From a virus (Duplodnaviria; Caudoviricetes): a stretch of 64,000 nucleotides of DNA. The DNA lies in the IMG/VR virus record IMGVR_UViG_3300037400_002261, positions 1 to 64,000 of that record. The stretch is one strand, 5' to 3'. Position numbers and translations under genes: made by a program. Below the pieces are notes generated by a model. It saw only the letters and a program-made list of their open reading frames with translations, did not search any database and had not been told where the DNA came from. Positions 62,229 through 64,000 of the stretch are shown one piece after another; within the stretch, counting starts at the first letter, position 1; every line of letters starts with the position of its first letter.

Positions 62229-62259
62229 GGGGAACAAGATTTTTTGTTCCCCATTTTTT
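62229..62259 (+). terminator. Intrinsic terminator closing the six-gene module
   Basis: GGGGAACAA/TTGTTCCCC plus T run. Confidence 0.7.
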
Positions 62260-62292
62260 ACGATTTATGATTTTGAAAAGGAGAAAAAGAAT

Positions 62293-62808
62293 ATGGAAAA
62301 TAATAAAATCTCAGCAATAGAATATATAAATAATAATGAGTTACTCGAAGTAAGTTATATACCATTTGATCAAAAAATGCAAGTGGTTAGTGATGTTTTG
62401 TCTGAAGTTATTAATTCTGTGGGTGGATTAAATACTACTCTTTTGCGTAGAGTTTCTACTGAAGTCTTTATTGAAACTATTACTAATATTGATATGGGAA
62501 TTGTTGATGAAAATGGTTTAAGCGGTTTTGATCAATTGTGTTATTATAATCAACTTAATACACTTAAAACAGTTATTGGTAATGAATATATTGAATTTGA
62601 AACTATTTTAAAAGAAAGAATATCTGACTATATTCGTATTGAAACAAATCCAGCTGTTACTATTAGTTCTATATATAATCAACTTAAAAATAATACGGAT
62701 AAAGTTTTAGATTATGTTAGTAACCAAATTCAAAATTTAGATATTGATGATTTTGTTAATAGGATTTCAGAAACTGCTACTGCTTTGAACGGTGGTGGTG
62801 ATGAATGA
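62293..62808 (+). CDS. Tail assembly chaperone-like protein
   Basis: YIPFD.K ... FD.L; located before the probable tape measure gene. Confidence 0.55.
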   Translation: MENNKISAIEYINNNELLEVSYIPFDQKMQVVSDVLSEVINSVGGLNTTLLRRVSTEVFIETITNIDMGIVDENGLSGFDQLCYYNQLNTLKTVIGNEYIEFETILKERISDYIRIETNPAVTISSIYNQLKNNTDKVLDYVSNQIQNLDIDDFVNRISETATALNGGGDE

Positions 62809-63179
62809 AACCTAGTTCATTTTTAACTTTATATAATTCAAGAGTAAAGAATGATTCTTTGGATAGAGATAAAATTATTTCGACAATTACAGAGTTGATA
62901 AAACCTGTTGATTATATACCGTATGATGATAAAGTCAAATTAGTAAGCACTACTATTTTGTAGTCAAAAGACTCAGACTATCCAACAGCAACTCTTCATA
63001 GAAATTTTATTATTAATATAATTTCTGCTTATACTATTTTGGAAATGGATAAAGAAGGGTTTGACTTGTTAAGTAAAACTAAAATGATTGATTTGATCTT
63101 ATCATTGTTTTAGTCTGAGTTTACTATATGTGATAGCTTGTTGAATATGTGTCTTAATGACCTTGGAAAGAAGGTGTAA
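62805..63179 (+). CDS. Probable paralog of the preceding gene, 2 TAG=Gln
   Basis: YIPYD.K ... GFD.L; open in code 15. Confidence 0.6.
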
Positions 63180-63180
63180 T

Positions 63181-63753
63181 ATGGCATATACGAGTTTTTA
63201 TTAGTTGATACAAGATATTAAACGTGATATTGGTAAAATTGGAAATAAGATAGCAAGGGGTGTTGCAGAAATTGCTCATGAAGATATGTGTGAGGCACAC
63301 TCTTCTATTATTGAAAGTTATTATGGTGGCTATACTCCAGTTAGTAGTTATACTTACTATTATTATTCTCCAAGTGGAAAATTTTATTCTGGTCGTTCTC
63401 ATGGATATAGACGAACTGGAAATTTGAAAAATAGTATTATTCCACAGGGTGTAACAGGTAGTGGTCATTCTTTTACTGCACGAATACAAGTTGGTCCAAT
63501 GTAGATGGATGGATATATTAATTCTACTGGGAGAGTTTTTCCAGCTGAAGGTGTTTTTGATTTGATTTGGGATCAAGGAATTCGTGGTTTACCAGAAGGT
63601 TATAGAGGGCATATAGGTAATGTAAGTATATCTGCTGCGCCAGTTGGAATTGGAATATCTGGAAAACCAGATGAAGCTATGAATGAATTTATGGATAATT
63701 GGTGGGCATAGCGTGGACAACAAATGGCTGATATGATTGCAGGAAGTGTATGA
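63181..63753 (+). CDS. HK97 gp10-like tail completion protein, 3 TAG=Gln
   Basis: YRRTGNLKNSI motif; three code-11 fragments join in frame. Confidence 0.65.
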
Positions 63754-63814
63754 TGGGAAGTGCAATATTGTACTTCCTATTTTTTACTTTTTATTATAAA
63801 AAGGGAGGTATAAT

Positions 63815-64000
63815 ATGGCCGATATTAAAGAATATATTATAAAAATAACGGCGAATGTTGATGATGCCAAATAGAAGTTAGATAGTTTGGCAAATTCTAT
63901 GTCAAAAGTAAATCTTAATAATGGACTTGATTTAGATTTAAAAAAGTCTACAAGCGAAATTACTGGTTCTATAGGAAAAGTTGCTGAAGAAGTAGGAAAA
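63815..64000 (+). CDS. Probable tape measure protein, N-terminus (partial; 1 TAG=Gln)
   Basis: GGGAGG RBS; IIKITANVDDAK* start; gene order. Confidence 0.5.

Noticed and set aside
39447-64000. Late region as a decayed prophage full of pseudogenes
   Set aside because: Almost every interruption is TAG, frames are preserved, TAGs fall at Gln positions and a matching suppressor tRNA is present. Random decay would give TAA, TGA and frameshifts.
1-64000. CRISPR array, rRNA or IS transposase
   Set aside because: No regularly spaced 25-40 bp repeats, rRNA-like tract or transposase motifs were seen.

Overview
Segment of a large, AT-rich, SPbeta-like tailed phage (or prophage) of a Clostridia/Bacillota host. 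It has four parts. (1) 1-24.7 kb: about 60 short, tightly packed minus-strand early/accessory genes in the standard code (gp88-like, YodL, PcfJ, YdbC-PcfK fusion, mostly unknowns). Seven near-consecutive junctions at 2.76-4.56 kb carry a cassette-like palindromic site. (2) 24.7-25.9 kb: divergent non-coding region with DnaA boxes and iteron-like repeats. (3) 25.9-39.0 kb: plus-strand middle genes with no internal TAG: YonV-like helicase, ParB-like, HNH, YonO-like single-subunit RNA polymerase, HU, PIN-PhoH, ClpP, YonK/YonJ-like. (4) From 39.1 kb: a tRNA cluster led by an amber-suppressor tRNA (anticodon CTA, Gln-type), then a late region in which TAG is read as Gln (code 15). By hand count 77 in-frame TAGs interrupt 28 genes, including terminase, portal, protease/scaffold, capsid, neck, tail, two GIY-YIG endonucleases, a tyrosine recombinase, a secreted Ig-matrixin, RusA and a six-gene module of unknown function. 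The supplied code-11 ORF track therefore fragments or misses most late genes, and corrected coordinates are given here. Family names come from recalled motifs and SPbeta synteny, not database searches.
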